NCBI GenBank assembly: GCA_964566505.1
Contig: CAZMIM010000001.1
Coordinates: 199,690-263,689 of the forward strand
Reading direction: 5' to 3'
DNA: 64,000 nucleotides
From: an uncultured Candidatus Saccharibacteria bacterium
Lineage (GTDB): Bacteria > Patescibacteriota > Minisyncoccia > Phycocordibacterales > PCTT01
How positions within the stretch are numbered: position 1 is the stretch's first letter; every line of letters begins with the position of its first letter. The position numbers and the translations under genes were made by a program. The notes beneath the pieces were generated by a model. It was not told where the DNA came from and searched no databases. It was given only the letters and a program-made list of their open reading frames with translations. Shown in pieces: positions 48,884 through 57,210 of this stretch.

Positions 48884-50795
48884 CAAGCGCACCTATTTCA
48901 GGGCGCAAAAAGAAACCCCACACAGCAAATACTCCGGCTGCTGCGGGAATGGCAACGATATTGTACCCAAGTGCCCAGACGAGGTTCTGAATCATCTTTG
49001 CGTATACCTTCTTTGAGAGCGTTATGAGGCGCACGATATCTTGAGGGTCATTGTCGGTAAGCACCACATCGCCAGATTCAACCGCGACATCGGTGCCTGC
49101 GCCAATGGCGACTCCTGCGTCGGCTTGTGTGAGTGCAGGAGCATCGTTCACTCCATCACCGACCATAAGCACTACACTGCCATCCTCCTGAAGCTTCTTG
49201 ATGTGAGTGTATTTATCTTCCGGCAAGACATTTGCAAAATAGGTATCAATGCCAAGTTCTTCTGATACCGACTGTGCGACCTGTTCGTTGTCGCCGGTAA
49301 GCATAGCGACTTTCACACCCATGCCGTGTAGCTTTTGGACCGCCTCCTTTGAAGATTCTTTTATCGCATCGGAGAGAACCAGATATCCGAGCACCGCTTC
49401 CTTACTTGCTACAAAGACGAGCGTGCCATTTAGATTAGTGGGAGCGTCAAGATGTAAGTTTAAACTTCGAACCAGACGTTCGTTTCCTGCAAAGTATTCC
49501 GTGCCCTCAATTTCTGCTTTCACACCCTGTCCTGCAACATTTTGAAAATTATCAATATCGGAAATAGATACCTTTTGCTCTCGTGCATATTTGAGTATTG
49601 ACTGTCCGATGATATGTGAAGAATGCTGTTCGAGAGACGCTGCGATGGAGAGAATGTTGTTTGTATCTTGCTCTGCCAGAGGAATAACATCGGTCACGCC
49701 GAATTCTCCCTTAGTGAGCGTTCCTGTCTTATCAAACACTACATAGTCAGCTTTTCGTATTGTCTCTATCTTCGAAAGGTCTTTGATGAAAAATCCGTTC
49801 TTCACGGCAAGTGACGTGGTGATGGTTGTCACTGTAGGAATCGCAAGACCAAGCGCATGCGGACATGCAATAACGAGCACCGTAATAGCGAGCGTCACAG
49901 CGAACACAAACGGCTGACCGATCACTAGTGTCCACACGAGAAGCGTACCGAGTGCCGTGATGCCAGCAACAAAGGTGAGTACGGCAGATGCTTTATCCGC
50001 AATTCTCTGTGAACGTGGCTTTGTTTGACCGGCTTGTGCTATGAGCTTTTGTATTTGCCCGACTGTTGAATGCTCTCCAACACGGGAGAGCTTGATGGTA
50101 AGCGATCCATCAAGACAAATTGATCCCGCGACCACTTGAGCATCCACTTCTTTCTTCACCGGCTTTGACTCACCGCTTATAAGCGACTCATCTACATTTG
50201 CGAATCCTTTGGTAATAACACCATCCGCTGGAATCTTTTCACCCGGCTTCACTATGACAATATCGCCCTCCTGAAGCTCGGCGATATCGACATCAACTTC
50301 CGTGCCATTCTCAAGCTTATGCGCTTTCTTCGGCAAGAGCTTTGCGACTTCGGAGAGCGCATCTCCTGCAGCAGAGCTTGATTTGGCCTCGAGGTAATGT
50401 CCGAAAAGAAGTACCCACACGAGGGTGGAGATTTCAAGATAAAACTCAGCATGAAGTGAGGTAATAAACGTTGAGGCAACGGAAAAAAGATACCCGCTAC
50501 CCACCGCAAGCGACACGAGTGTCATCATGCCGTATTTGCGAGATTTTATTTCATGCCACGCGTGCTGGAAGAATACGAGCGCAAACCCAAAGATAATTGT
50601 TGCAATCCCAAACTGTATCCACTTGTTAAGTCCGAAGGAGATGCCAAGTATCTCTGATACTTTCGGATGTACGAGTACGAGTGGAATGAGGAGAAATGTG
50701 ACAATCCAGAATCGTCTTAAGTACTGCGCGGCAGATCCGTGACTCATTCCATGTGCTCCATGACTTGCGTGATTGTGATGGTGCTCATGTGCCAT
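48810..50795 (-). CDS. copB: Copper-translocating P1B ATPase (CopB type)
   Basis: His-rich N-terminus, CPH, DKTGT, GDGVND, YN, MSLST. Confidence 0.9.
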   Translation of the reverse strand: MAHEHHHNHASHGAHGMSHGSAAQYLRRFWIVTFLLIPLVLVHPKVSEILGISFGLNKWIQFGIATIIFGFALVFFQHAWHEIKSRKYGMMTLVSLAVGSGYLFSVASTFITSLHAEFYLEISTLVWVLLFGHYLEAKSSSAAGDALSEVAKLLPKKAHKLENGTEVDVDIAELQEGDIVIVKPGEKIPADGVITKGFANVDESLISGESKPVKKEVDAQVVAGSICLDGSLTIKLSRVGEHSTVGQIQKLIAQAGQTKPRSQRIADKASAVLTFVAGITALGTLLVWTLVIGQPFVFAVTLAITVLVIACPHALGLAIPTVTTITTSLAVKNGFFIKDLSKIETIRKADYVVFDKTGTLTKGEFGVTDVIPLAEQDTNNILSIAASLEQHSSHIIGQSILKYAREQKVSISDIDNFQNVAGQGVKAEIEGTEYFAGNERLVRSLNLHLDAPTNLNGTLVFVASKEAVLGYLVLSDAIKESSKEAVQKLHGMGVKVAMLTGDNEQVAQSVSEELGIDTYFANVLPEDKYTHIKKLQEDGSVVLMVGDGVNDAPALTQADAGVAIGAGTDVAVESGDVVLTDNDPQDIVRLITLSKKVYAKMIQNLVWALGYNIVAIPAAAGVFAVWGFFLRPEIGALVMSLSTVIVVVNAMTLKRLDLEKA

Positions 50796-50797
50796 AG

Positions 50798-51283
50798 TTA
50801 GATCGTCATAAATACTTCACCCTTTGCGCCATCGTGGGTGATCTCATAGATAACAAAATCAGACGTTTTTGGTCCGGGCATTCCTGGAGAGCCAGAGGGC
50901 ATACCTGCCATGCCGATACCTTTGATGTCGGGACGTTCAGCAAGTAATTTCTGAACCGCTTCCTCCGGTACGTGCCCCTCAACAACATAGCCGTCAATTT
51001 CCATTGTGTGACAACTCTCAAGCTCGTATGGCACATCGAATTGCTCTTTGATCGACTGCATGTCTGCTATGCCCTCAATATCAACACCGTATCCTTTCTT
51101 CTCTAAGTACGCTGCGTATTGTCCGCAACATCCGCAACTTGGTGATTTATAAATTGTCGCCAGGAGCCCGTTCGCAGGAGCTTCAGAGATTGTGTCTCCT
51201 TTTGGGAGTGTTTGCATCGCCATGACACCGATAACACCGATGACTGCAACAACGAGTATGCCGATAATAAGGTTGCTCTTCAT
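50798..51283 (-). CDS. DUF411 metal-binding protein
   Basis: KSPSCGCC, SCHT, EGHVP, GMPSGSPGM. Confidence 0.9.
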   Translation of the reverse strand: MKSNLIIGILVVAVIGVIGVMAMQTLPKGDTISEAPANGLLATIYKSPSCGCCGQYAAYLEKKGYGVDIEGIADMQSIKEQFDVPYELESCHTMEIDGYVVEGHVPEEAVQKLLAERPDIKGIGMAGMPSGSPGMPGPKTSDFVIYEITHDGAKGEVFMTI

Positions 51284-51284
51284 A

Positions 51285-51716
51285 CTAGTTTTCATTGAAC
51301 CATGTTTGTAGCCAACCTTTCATTTGCTCAACTTCAGCTGACTGACTTGCAATGATGTTGTTTGCAAGTTCAATAAGCTCTGGGCGATCTGTCTGCTCTA
51401 GTAGGTTCTCTGACATTCTGATCGCACCAAGATGATGTACAATCATGCCGCGAAGCCATGCCTCCTCGTATGCATCACCAGTTTGTCCGCGACCAATAAG
51501 CATCATTTCATCCATCATGTGCATCAATTCGCCATCACCGTTCACGATTTCATCTTCGTAAGAACCTCCCATGTGTTCTTCCATTTCCTCGTACATGGAT
51601 TCATTTGAGAAGAAACCGCGATGCGGCATATTGTTGGCACCAAAGAAGTAGCCGAGAAGCAGGCCGACGATAAGGGCGAGAAGACCAATAATGATTGTTT
51701 GATTTTTGTTTTCCAT
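51285..51716 (-). CDS. DUF305 (CopM-like) protein
   Basis: MIVHHLGAIRM ... IIASQSAEVEQM..W. Confidence 0.85.
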   Translation of the reverse strand: MENKNQTIIIGLLALIVGLLLGYFFGANNMPHRGFFSNESMYEEMEEHMGGSYEDEIVNGDGELMHMMDEMMLIGRGQTGDAYEEAWLRGMIVHHLGAIRMSENLLEQTDRPELIELANNIIASQSAEVEQMKGWLQTWFNEN

Positions 51717-51717
51717 A

Positions 51718-51987
51718 CTATTTTTTCTTAGCTTTATTAAATATACTGATAATCTCACTGATCGCTTTTTTCTCCTGCCCCTGTTTCATCTGATGAATGA
51801 CGTGCTCGGAGAGGTGATTCTCAAGCATCAGATCCTCAACGGCCGAGAGTGCGCTGCGTACTGCGGATGACTGCGTAATAATATCTACGCAGTACTGCTC
51901 CTCATCGACCATCTTTTGGAGTCCGCGTACCTGACCCTCAACGCGCCGGAGACGATTTTGCACCTGTTTTTTGGTAGCTGCTTTCAT
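51718..51987 (-). CDS. csoR: Copper-sensing repressor
   Basis: RLRRVEGQVRG, YC.DI, ENHL..H. Confidence 0.88.
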   Translation of the reverse strand: MKAATKKQVQNRLRRVEGQVRGLQKMVDEEQYCVDIITQSSAVRSALSAVEDLMLENHLSEHVIHQMKQGQEKKAISEIISIFNKAKKK

Positions 51988-51999
51988 ATGCAACATATT

Positions 52000-52016
52000 A
52001 TACCCCTAGGGGGTAT
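52000..52016. promoter_or_regulatory. CsoR operator overlapping the -10 of the csoR-cop operon
   Basis: ATACCCCTAGGGGGTAT C/G-tract palindrome; TATAAT at 51997-52002 (minus). Confidence 0.85.
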
Positions 52017-52037
52017 ACGTGTACAGGTGGTATCCAC

Positions 52038-52075
52038 AACAAGAAAGTCACCCGTTCGGGGGTGACTTTCTTGTT
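52038..52075. terminator. Terminator downstream of tRNA-Gln
   Basis: AACAAGAAAGTCACCC/GGGTGACTTTCTTGTT. Confidence 0.75.
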
Positions 52076-52183
52076 TGATTACTGCACTCAGCAGGTATGC
52101 AATTTATCGGAATAGATAATCAATCGGCTTTTTGACGATTCTCGTGCGCTCGTGGAGCGTAGAGATCTCGTGCTAGCTCGATT

Positions 52184-52257
52184 TGGCTGCCGGACAGGGA
52201 CTCGAACCCCGATTTCTTGGACCAAAACCAAGCGTCCTGCCATTAGACGATCCGGCA
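52184..52257 (-). tRNA. tRNA-Gln(TTG)
   Basis: TGCCGGA acceptor, CTTGG-TTTTGGT-CCAAG anticodon arm, GGTTCGAGTCC, encoded CCA. Confidence 0.93.
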
Positions 52258-52324
52258 ATGTATTTAATTTTTATATATCTGCCAAATTTCAAGGTCCAAC
52301 TTGGACCGCAATACAAAATCTTGC

Positions 52325-52359
52325 AAGCATCCTACCATTAGACGATCCGGCAATGTATT
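52325..52359 (-). repeat. Upstream duplicate of the 5' part of tRNA-Gln
   Basis: 33/35 identity with 52230-52264. Confidence 0.85.
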
Positions 52360-52419
52360 ACCTAAAAACTGGCAATATACAAAACAGATTACCGTAGTAA
52401 TCTGCTTTGTGCAACGAAT

Positions 52420-53349
52420 TTATACCTTGAGATGCTTTCTGATTGCAAGGAAACTTGATAGTGCTCCTAGTAGTATTCCTGCCACAAGTAGTATCAAGAA
52501 CATTTGTCCAAAGTGATCAACATAATAGTCGAACACATTTGTAGCTCCGAAGAAGCTTTCTGTAAACGGCCCTAGCCAAATAGTTACTGGGTAGAAAATT
52601 ATTAGCGCAAATACCGCAGACACTACCCCATACATCATTCCCTCAAGAATAAATGGCCACCGTATATATGAGTTGCTAGCACCCACAAGCTTCATCACCG
52701 CAATCTCCTCACGCGCAGTGTATATAGCAAGCCTAATAGTGTTGAATACAATAGCAATCGAGATGATCACAAACATCACTAGTATCGCAAATGAAAGTGT
52801 GTCGATAGAGTTTATAAGTCGTGAGAGTTTGTCGATTGCCTCTTTGTTTTGGAAATAGTTTACCTTCTCAATAATCTGCGTGTTGCCTGCCCCGAGCGCG
52901 TTGTCTGACTCTAGGAAATTGGCGATACTCTCATACTGAGATGTTTCTTGTGCACGAATATTTAGGTGTGCACCAAGCGGGTTCTCATCAAGCTCATCAA
53001 GTGCTTGGATAATAAGCTGATCATTCTCGTGTCGGCGTGTGAATTCTTCTAACGCCTGCTCTCGTGATATATATTCTACAGATGAAGTCTCTGGAAGTTG
53101 TTCCAAGTCACCTTTAAGCGCCAATATTTCTGGCTCTGTTGCATCAAGTGTGAAATACACATTCACATCCACCTTTGATTGAAGCTGTCCGAGAGAAGAC
53201 TCGAGCATTGCGTCAAGGAAAATAAGAGACCCGAGCACAAAAAGTGTTACAGTCGTTACCAAAATACTTGCAGCAGTAATAAATGCGTTACGCCAAAAGC
53301 TTACAAACCCCGCTTTTATTACTCGTTTTGTTGAAGTCCAAAGATCCAT
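52420..53349 (-). CDS. ftsX: Cell division permease FtsX
   Basis: NTIRLAIY.AREEI.VMKLVGA...IRWPF..EG. Confidence 0.93.
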   Translation of the reverse strand: MDLWTSTKRVIKAGFVSFWRNAFITAASILVTTVTLFVLGSLIFLDAMLESSLGQLQSKVDVNVYFTLDATEPEILALKGDLEQLPETSSVEYISREQALEEFTRRHENDQLIIQALDELDENPLGAHLNIRAQETSQYESIANFLESDNALGAGNTQIIEKVNYFQNKEAIDKLSRLINSIDTLSFAILVMFVIISIAIVFNTIRLAIYTAREEIAVMKLVGASNSYIRWPFILEGMMYGVVSAVFALIIFYPVTIWLGPFTESFFGATNVFDYYVDHFGQMFLILLVAGILLGALSSFLAIRKHLKV

Positions 53350-53351
53350 AA

Positions 53352-54077
53352 TTATATTTTATATTTACCGTGTTCGTCGTCGCTCACTATTTTACCATTC
53401 TCCATAGTAATAACTCGCTTTTTAAGTGAATCGATTACACCTTTGTTGTGAGTGGTGAGAATAACCGTTGTGCCAAGATCATTAATTTTTTTGAGAATCT
53501 GCACAATATCGTGAGTGTTAATAGGGTCAAGGTTTCCTGTAGGCTCATCTGCAATCACCAAATCAGGTTGGTTCACAATCGCTCGCGCGATAGCAAGCCG
53601 TTGCTTTTCTCCACCTGAGAGCTCTCCAGGGAAATTCCAAATCTTGTCTCCTAGGTCTACAAGGTCAAGTACATGAGGTACATCAGACTCAATATCTTCA
53701 TCGCTTCGCCCCGCCGCTTCCATAGCAAAAGCAATATTTTCAAACGCTGTCTTGTGAGGAAGAAGTCTAAAGTCCTGAAACACCATACCAATTCGGCGCC
53801 TATACAAGTTGAGCTCTTTTTTATCTAGGTCGTGTACTCTTATTCTATCGAAAAACACATCTCCTGAAGTTGGTCGCTCCTCTGCAAGAATCATTTTCAA
53901 AAGCGTACTCTTTCCTGCTCCTGAGTGCCCCACAATAGAAACAAACTCTTTTGGATATACATCCAAAGACACGCCATCGAGCGCATTTACTCCTCCTATG
54001 TATTCCTTCTTTACTTTATTGAAATGTAAAAGTGGCTCTTTTTTCTTCGAGTCACCCTCGTCTGTGTGGTGTGTCAT
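53352..54077 (-). CDS. ftsE: Cell division ATP-binding protein FtsE
   Basis: [30 protein letters not shown]. Confidence 0.93.
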   Translation of the reverse strand: MTHHTDEGDSKKKEPLLHFNKVKKEYIGGVNALDGVSLDVYPKEFVSIVGHSGAGKSTLLKMILAEERPTSGDVFFDRIRVHDLDKKELNLYRRRIGMVFQDFRLLPHKTAFENIAFAMEAAGRSDEDIESDVPHVLDLVDLGDKIWNFPGELSGGEKQRLAIARAIVNQPDLVIADEPTGNLDPINTHDIVQILKKINDLGTTVILTTHNKGVIDSLKKRVITMENGKIVSDDEHGKYKI

Positions 54078-54089
54078 GTGTGATTATTA

Positions 54090-54965
54090 TTACAATTCGC
54101 GTTCTGCTTCTATAAACGCTTCTATATCCCCATCTAGAACCGAGTCTACCGAGCGCACCTCTACATCAGTACGATGGTCTTTGACCATCTGATACGGATG
54201 AAAGACATACGAACGAATCTGTGACCCCCATTCATTTGCAGTATTTGCAGATACTGAGAGCCCTTTCTCTACCTTCTTTCTATCTTCTTCTCTCTTATGA
54301 TACAACTTACCCGAAAGTATTGAAAGTGCCTTTACACGATTTGCTTCCTGTGTTCTCTCGCTATCCGACTGAGCAGAAATTCCTGTTGGCGTATGCACAA
54401 TACGCACTGCTGTTTCGCGCTTGTTTACATTTTGCCCACCTGGACCACTAGATTTTGAAAATTCTATTTCTAGCTCGCTCTCATCGATTTCCACACTCTT
54501 CACATCTGGCAAACTTGGTACTACCTCCACCATTGCAAATGATGTATGCCTCTTTTTGTTTGAATCAAATGGAGAAATACGCACAAGCCGGTGTACACCC
54601 GACTCATTTTTAAGTGTTCCATATGAGCGTGAGCCAATCACTTCAAATGTAATATTTCTATATCCACCATGGTCTGTAGAATGCTCGTGAACCGTCATTT
54701 GTGTCCAACCTTTTGAAGAAATATATCCTGAATACATGTTGTACAAAATACGCACAAAATCTTCTGAATCTTGTCCGCCTGCGCCAGCAAAAATTGTTAT
54801 TACAGCATCTCCTTTGTCATATTTTCCAAGTCCTTCTTTTTCGTCTTTGAGCTCTTGGTACCTATTTATTACCTCCTGCGCAAAGCGTTTATCTTCCCAA
54901 AAATCAGGTGCAGACATTTGCCCCTCTATCTCCTGTATTTCTTTTTCGATTTGCTCTTTATCCAT
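54090..54965 (-). CDS. prfB: Peptide chain release factor 2 (short, no frameshift)
   Basis: RISPF, RHTSF, GGQ, WGSQIRSY; ATG at 54965. Confidence 0.92.
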   Translation of the reverse strand: MDKEQIEKEIQEIEGQMSAPDFWEDKRFAQEVINRYQELKDEKEGLGKYDKGDAVITIFAGAGGQDSEDFVRILYNMYSGYISSKGWTQMTVHEHSTDHGGYRNITFEVIGSRSYGTLKNESGVHRLVRISPFDSNKKRHTSFAMVEVVPSLPDVKSVEIDESELEIEFSKSSGPGGQNVNKRETAVRIVHTPTGISAQSDSERTQEANRVKALSILSGKLYHKREEDRKKVEKGLSVSANTANEWGSQIRSYVFHPYQMVKDHRTDVEVRSVDSVLDGDIEAFIEAEREL

Positions 54966-55012
54966 ATTGTTACGTAGCGTGTTACGTAGCATGCTACGTA
55001 ACAAAACATCTG

Positions 55013-55086
55013 AGCCAATGGGCGGAATTGAACCGCCGGCCTCGCCCTTACCATGGGCGCGCTCTGACCGACTGAGCTACATTGGC
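55013..55086 (-). tRNA. tRNA-Thr(GGT)
   Basis: GCCAATG acceptor, CGCCC-ATGGTAA-GGGCG anticodon arm, GGTTCAATTCC. Confidence 0.93.
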
Positions 55087-55175
55087 TAGTGAACAAATCC
55101 TATTATACATTGATTGGGTTTTCAATATTATGCTACAATCCTTCAGGGTAAAATTGTTCATAAACCAAAAAATAA

Positions 55176-55385
55176 ATGAACCGTTCAGACATTCGGCCAA
55201 ACCAAGTACTTCTGTTTTTGGATGAAAATGGAGAACCCACAGGAGAGCGCGGACAAGCAATTCCTAAAGACTCAAGATATGAACTTGAAAAAGCATATTC
55301 TGAGTTTGTGGTAAATGTGCTTCTTCTTCCTGAGAAGACCACCCGCGACACATGGCCTGTAAATAGAGTCAAGGGGGCCATTTAA
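55176..55385 (+). CDS. Hypothetical protein
   Basis: 69-aa ORF with upstream TACAAT and downstream hairpin 55402-55428. Confidence 0.5.
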   Translation: MNRSDIRPNQVLLFLDENGEPTGERGQAIPKDSRYELEKAYSEFVVNVLLLPEKTTRDTWPVNRVKGAI

Positions 55386-55475
55386 TAGCCCTGACTATCC
55401 CAAACCCCAGCACAATCGTGCTGGGGTTTCCAATACAAAATACCGCACCTTACGGCACGGTATTTTGTATGATTG

Positions 55476-55546
55476 TTGCGGGGCCGGGAATTGCACCCGG
55501 GTCTGGAGGTTATGAGCCTCCCGAGATACTACTTCTCCACCCCGCT
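55476..55546 (-). tRNA. tRNA-Met(CAT), probably initiator
   Basis: 1x72 mismatch, GCGGGG acceptor, GGAGG-CTCATAA-CCTCC anticodon arm. Confidence 0.85.
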
Positions 55547-55610
55547 ATAATTAGCTTAGAAGAATAAGCGTGTAGAGAGCATAATACTATATTTTTTATA
55601 TTCTGACAAA

Positions 55611-55748
55611 CAAAAAACTCGCCTCCCCCAGCCCGACACACCCACTGGGAGTCGATAGGGAGACGAGTTTTGGCCATAGAGACACCTGTATCCAATTGCG
55701 TACTCGCGATTGCTCATGTCGCGAACAAAAGGAACGTCACCACGGTCA
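55611..55748 (-). ncRNA. Candidate small structured RNA
   Basis: TTGACG-16nt-TACAAT promoter, ~75-nt hairpin, then GC-rich hairpin with U6 tail. Confidence 0.4.
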
Positions 55749-55827
55749 AAGCCATTGTATATACACTAATATATTCGTCAATCTTTTATTGAAAAAAAGG
55801 CTTAAATATACTATGCTATCGAGTATT

Positions 55828-55901
55828 GTCGGGGTAGCTCAGTTGGTTAGAGCGTAGGACTCATAAACCTAAGGTCGGCGGTTCAATTCCGCCCCCCGGC
55901 A
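55828..55901 (+). tRNA. tRNA-Met(CAT), probably elongator (Ile2 not excluded)
   Basis: GTCGGGG acceptor, CTCATAA loop, GGTTCAATTCC. Confidence 0.88.
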
Positions 55902-55942
55902 CTAGGCGTGATTTTTATTTACTTTTGTAATATAATCATCAC

Positions 55943-56032
55943 GCACATGCAGCGGTAGCTCCAGAATATTAGATAGAGGTTAGAGCACAAGTGCTCCTAA
56001 AAAAACTATCTCATATTTTGGAGTTATCCTGC
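55943..56032 (+). repeat. Hairpin leader containing a duplicate of the tRNA-Asp 5' end
   Basis: GCACATGCAGCGGTAGCTC at 55943 and 56031; GGTTAGAGCAC also duplicated. Confidence 0.8.
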
Positions 56033-56036
56033 ACAT

Positions 56037-56111
56037 GCAGCGGTAGCTCAATTTGGTTAGAGCACCCGCCTGTCACGCGGGAGGTTGCGGGTTCAAGTCC
56101 CGTCCGTTGCG
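56037..56111 (+). tRNA. tRNA-Asp(GTC)
   Basis: CCCGC-CTGTCAC-GCGGG anticodon arm, GGTTCAAGTCC, G discriminator. Confidence 0.95.
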
Positions 56112-56116
56112 CATTA

Positions 56117-56147
56117 AACAAAAACCGGCATATGCCGGTTTTTGTTA
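56117..56147. terminator. Bidirectional terminator between tRNA-Asp and rmuC
   Basis: AACAAAAACCGGC/GCCGGTTTTTGTT. Confidence 0.75.
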
Positions 56148-57191
56148 TTCCTCTGGTTTATTCAGTGTCTCAGTCTCTATTCCTGGTGACTCTCCTGTAA
56201 TCCGCATTACATCCTTATCAATCTTCCCTAGCTCTTTATACGCTCTGTTGTAGTGATTCACCGTTGTGCCAAGAGTGTTTCCGATCTTTCCCATATACTC
56301 TTCATATACTTTCATATGGCGCCCAAGTTCTCCTACCCTCTTTCGAATCTCTTTTGCCTGCTCCTCAATCTGCAAACTTCGCAAACCTTGTAGAACTGTT
56401 TGAAGATACGCCATGAAAGAAGTTGGAGAAACAATAATCACCTTCTTTTGCTGAAACGCGTACTCAATCAAATCCCGAGTGGATGTCTTTACTGCTCCAA
56501 CTTGGTTTATCAAAAGATCATAATAAATACCCTCTGATGGAATAAACATAAACGCAAAGTCCATTGTGTCTTCCTCTGGTCGAATATATTTTGAGGTTTC
56601 ATCAATTCTGTTTTTCAAATCCTGTTTAAACAGCTTCTCAAGTCGCTCACGCTCTGTCTTGTCGTTTGTCTCAAGAATACGGTTGTAGTTTTCAAGTGAA
56701 AACTTTGAGTCTACTGGAAGTATTTTGTTTTTATCCAAAAAGATTACCGCATCTACTATCTCACCATTTGAAAATCCATACTGCATTTGAAATCGCTCTG
56801 GTGGCAATACATTTTTAAGAACTGTCTCAAGATAATACTCACCCAGCACTCCGCGCTGTTTTGGGTTTTTCAAAATATCCTGAAGATTTTGAAGCTGGTC
56901 GGCAAATGACACCACCTGCTTGTTTGTCTCATCTAGTTTGGTGAGTCCCTCTGTTACGTCTTTGATAATTTTTGCTGATTCAGAAAACTGTGTGTGAATC
57001 GCTTTTTGCATTCGCTCTGTACTCTCCCCAAGCTTTTGATCTACTGTACGAGAAAGGTCATTGATTTGGTTTTGTATATAAAGCATTCCTTTATCATCGG
57101 TTTCATCTTTTTTGCGACCCACAAAAAACCACAAAACCCCTACGTTGAGGGCTATAAATACCAAACCAATAATAACAATAACCGTTGTCAT
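56145..57191 (-). CDS. rmuC: DNA recombination protein RmuC
   Basis: K.RG.LGE..LE, VDSKF, KYI.P...T.DFA.MFIPSE, SPT. Confidence 0.92.
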   Translation of the reverse strand: MTTVIVIIGLVFIALNVGVLWFFVGRKKDETDDKGMLYIQNQINDLSRTVDQKLGESTERMQKAIHTQFSESAKIIKDVTEGLTKLDETNKQVVSFADQLQNLQDILKNPKQRGVLGEYYLETVLKNVLPPERFQMQYGFSNGEIVDAVIFLDKNKILPVDSKFSLENYNRILETNDKTERERLEKLFKQDLKNRIDETSKYIRPEEDTMDFAFMFIPSEGIYYDLLINQVGAVKTSTRDLIEYAFQQKKVIIVSPTSFMAYLQTVLQGLRSLQIEEQAKEIRKRVGELGRHMKVYEEYMGKIGNTLGTTVNHYNRAYKELGKIDKDVMRITGESPGIETETLNKPEE

Positions 57192-57210
57192 ACCACTATC
57201 ATATCAGTGC

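Larger units (their letters stand above)
39626..52180. mobile_element. Accessory island adjacent to tRNA-Gln (boundaries approximate)
   Basis: Serine recombinase, ParB-MTase, XRE, NACHT protein, copper operon and gene fragments; codon style differs from flanks. Confidence 0.7.
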
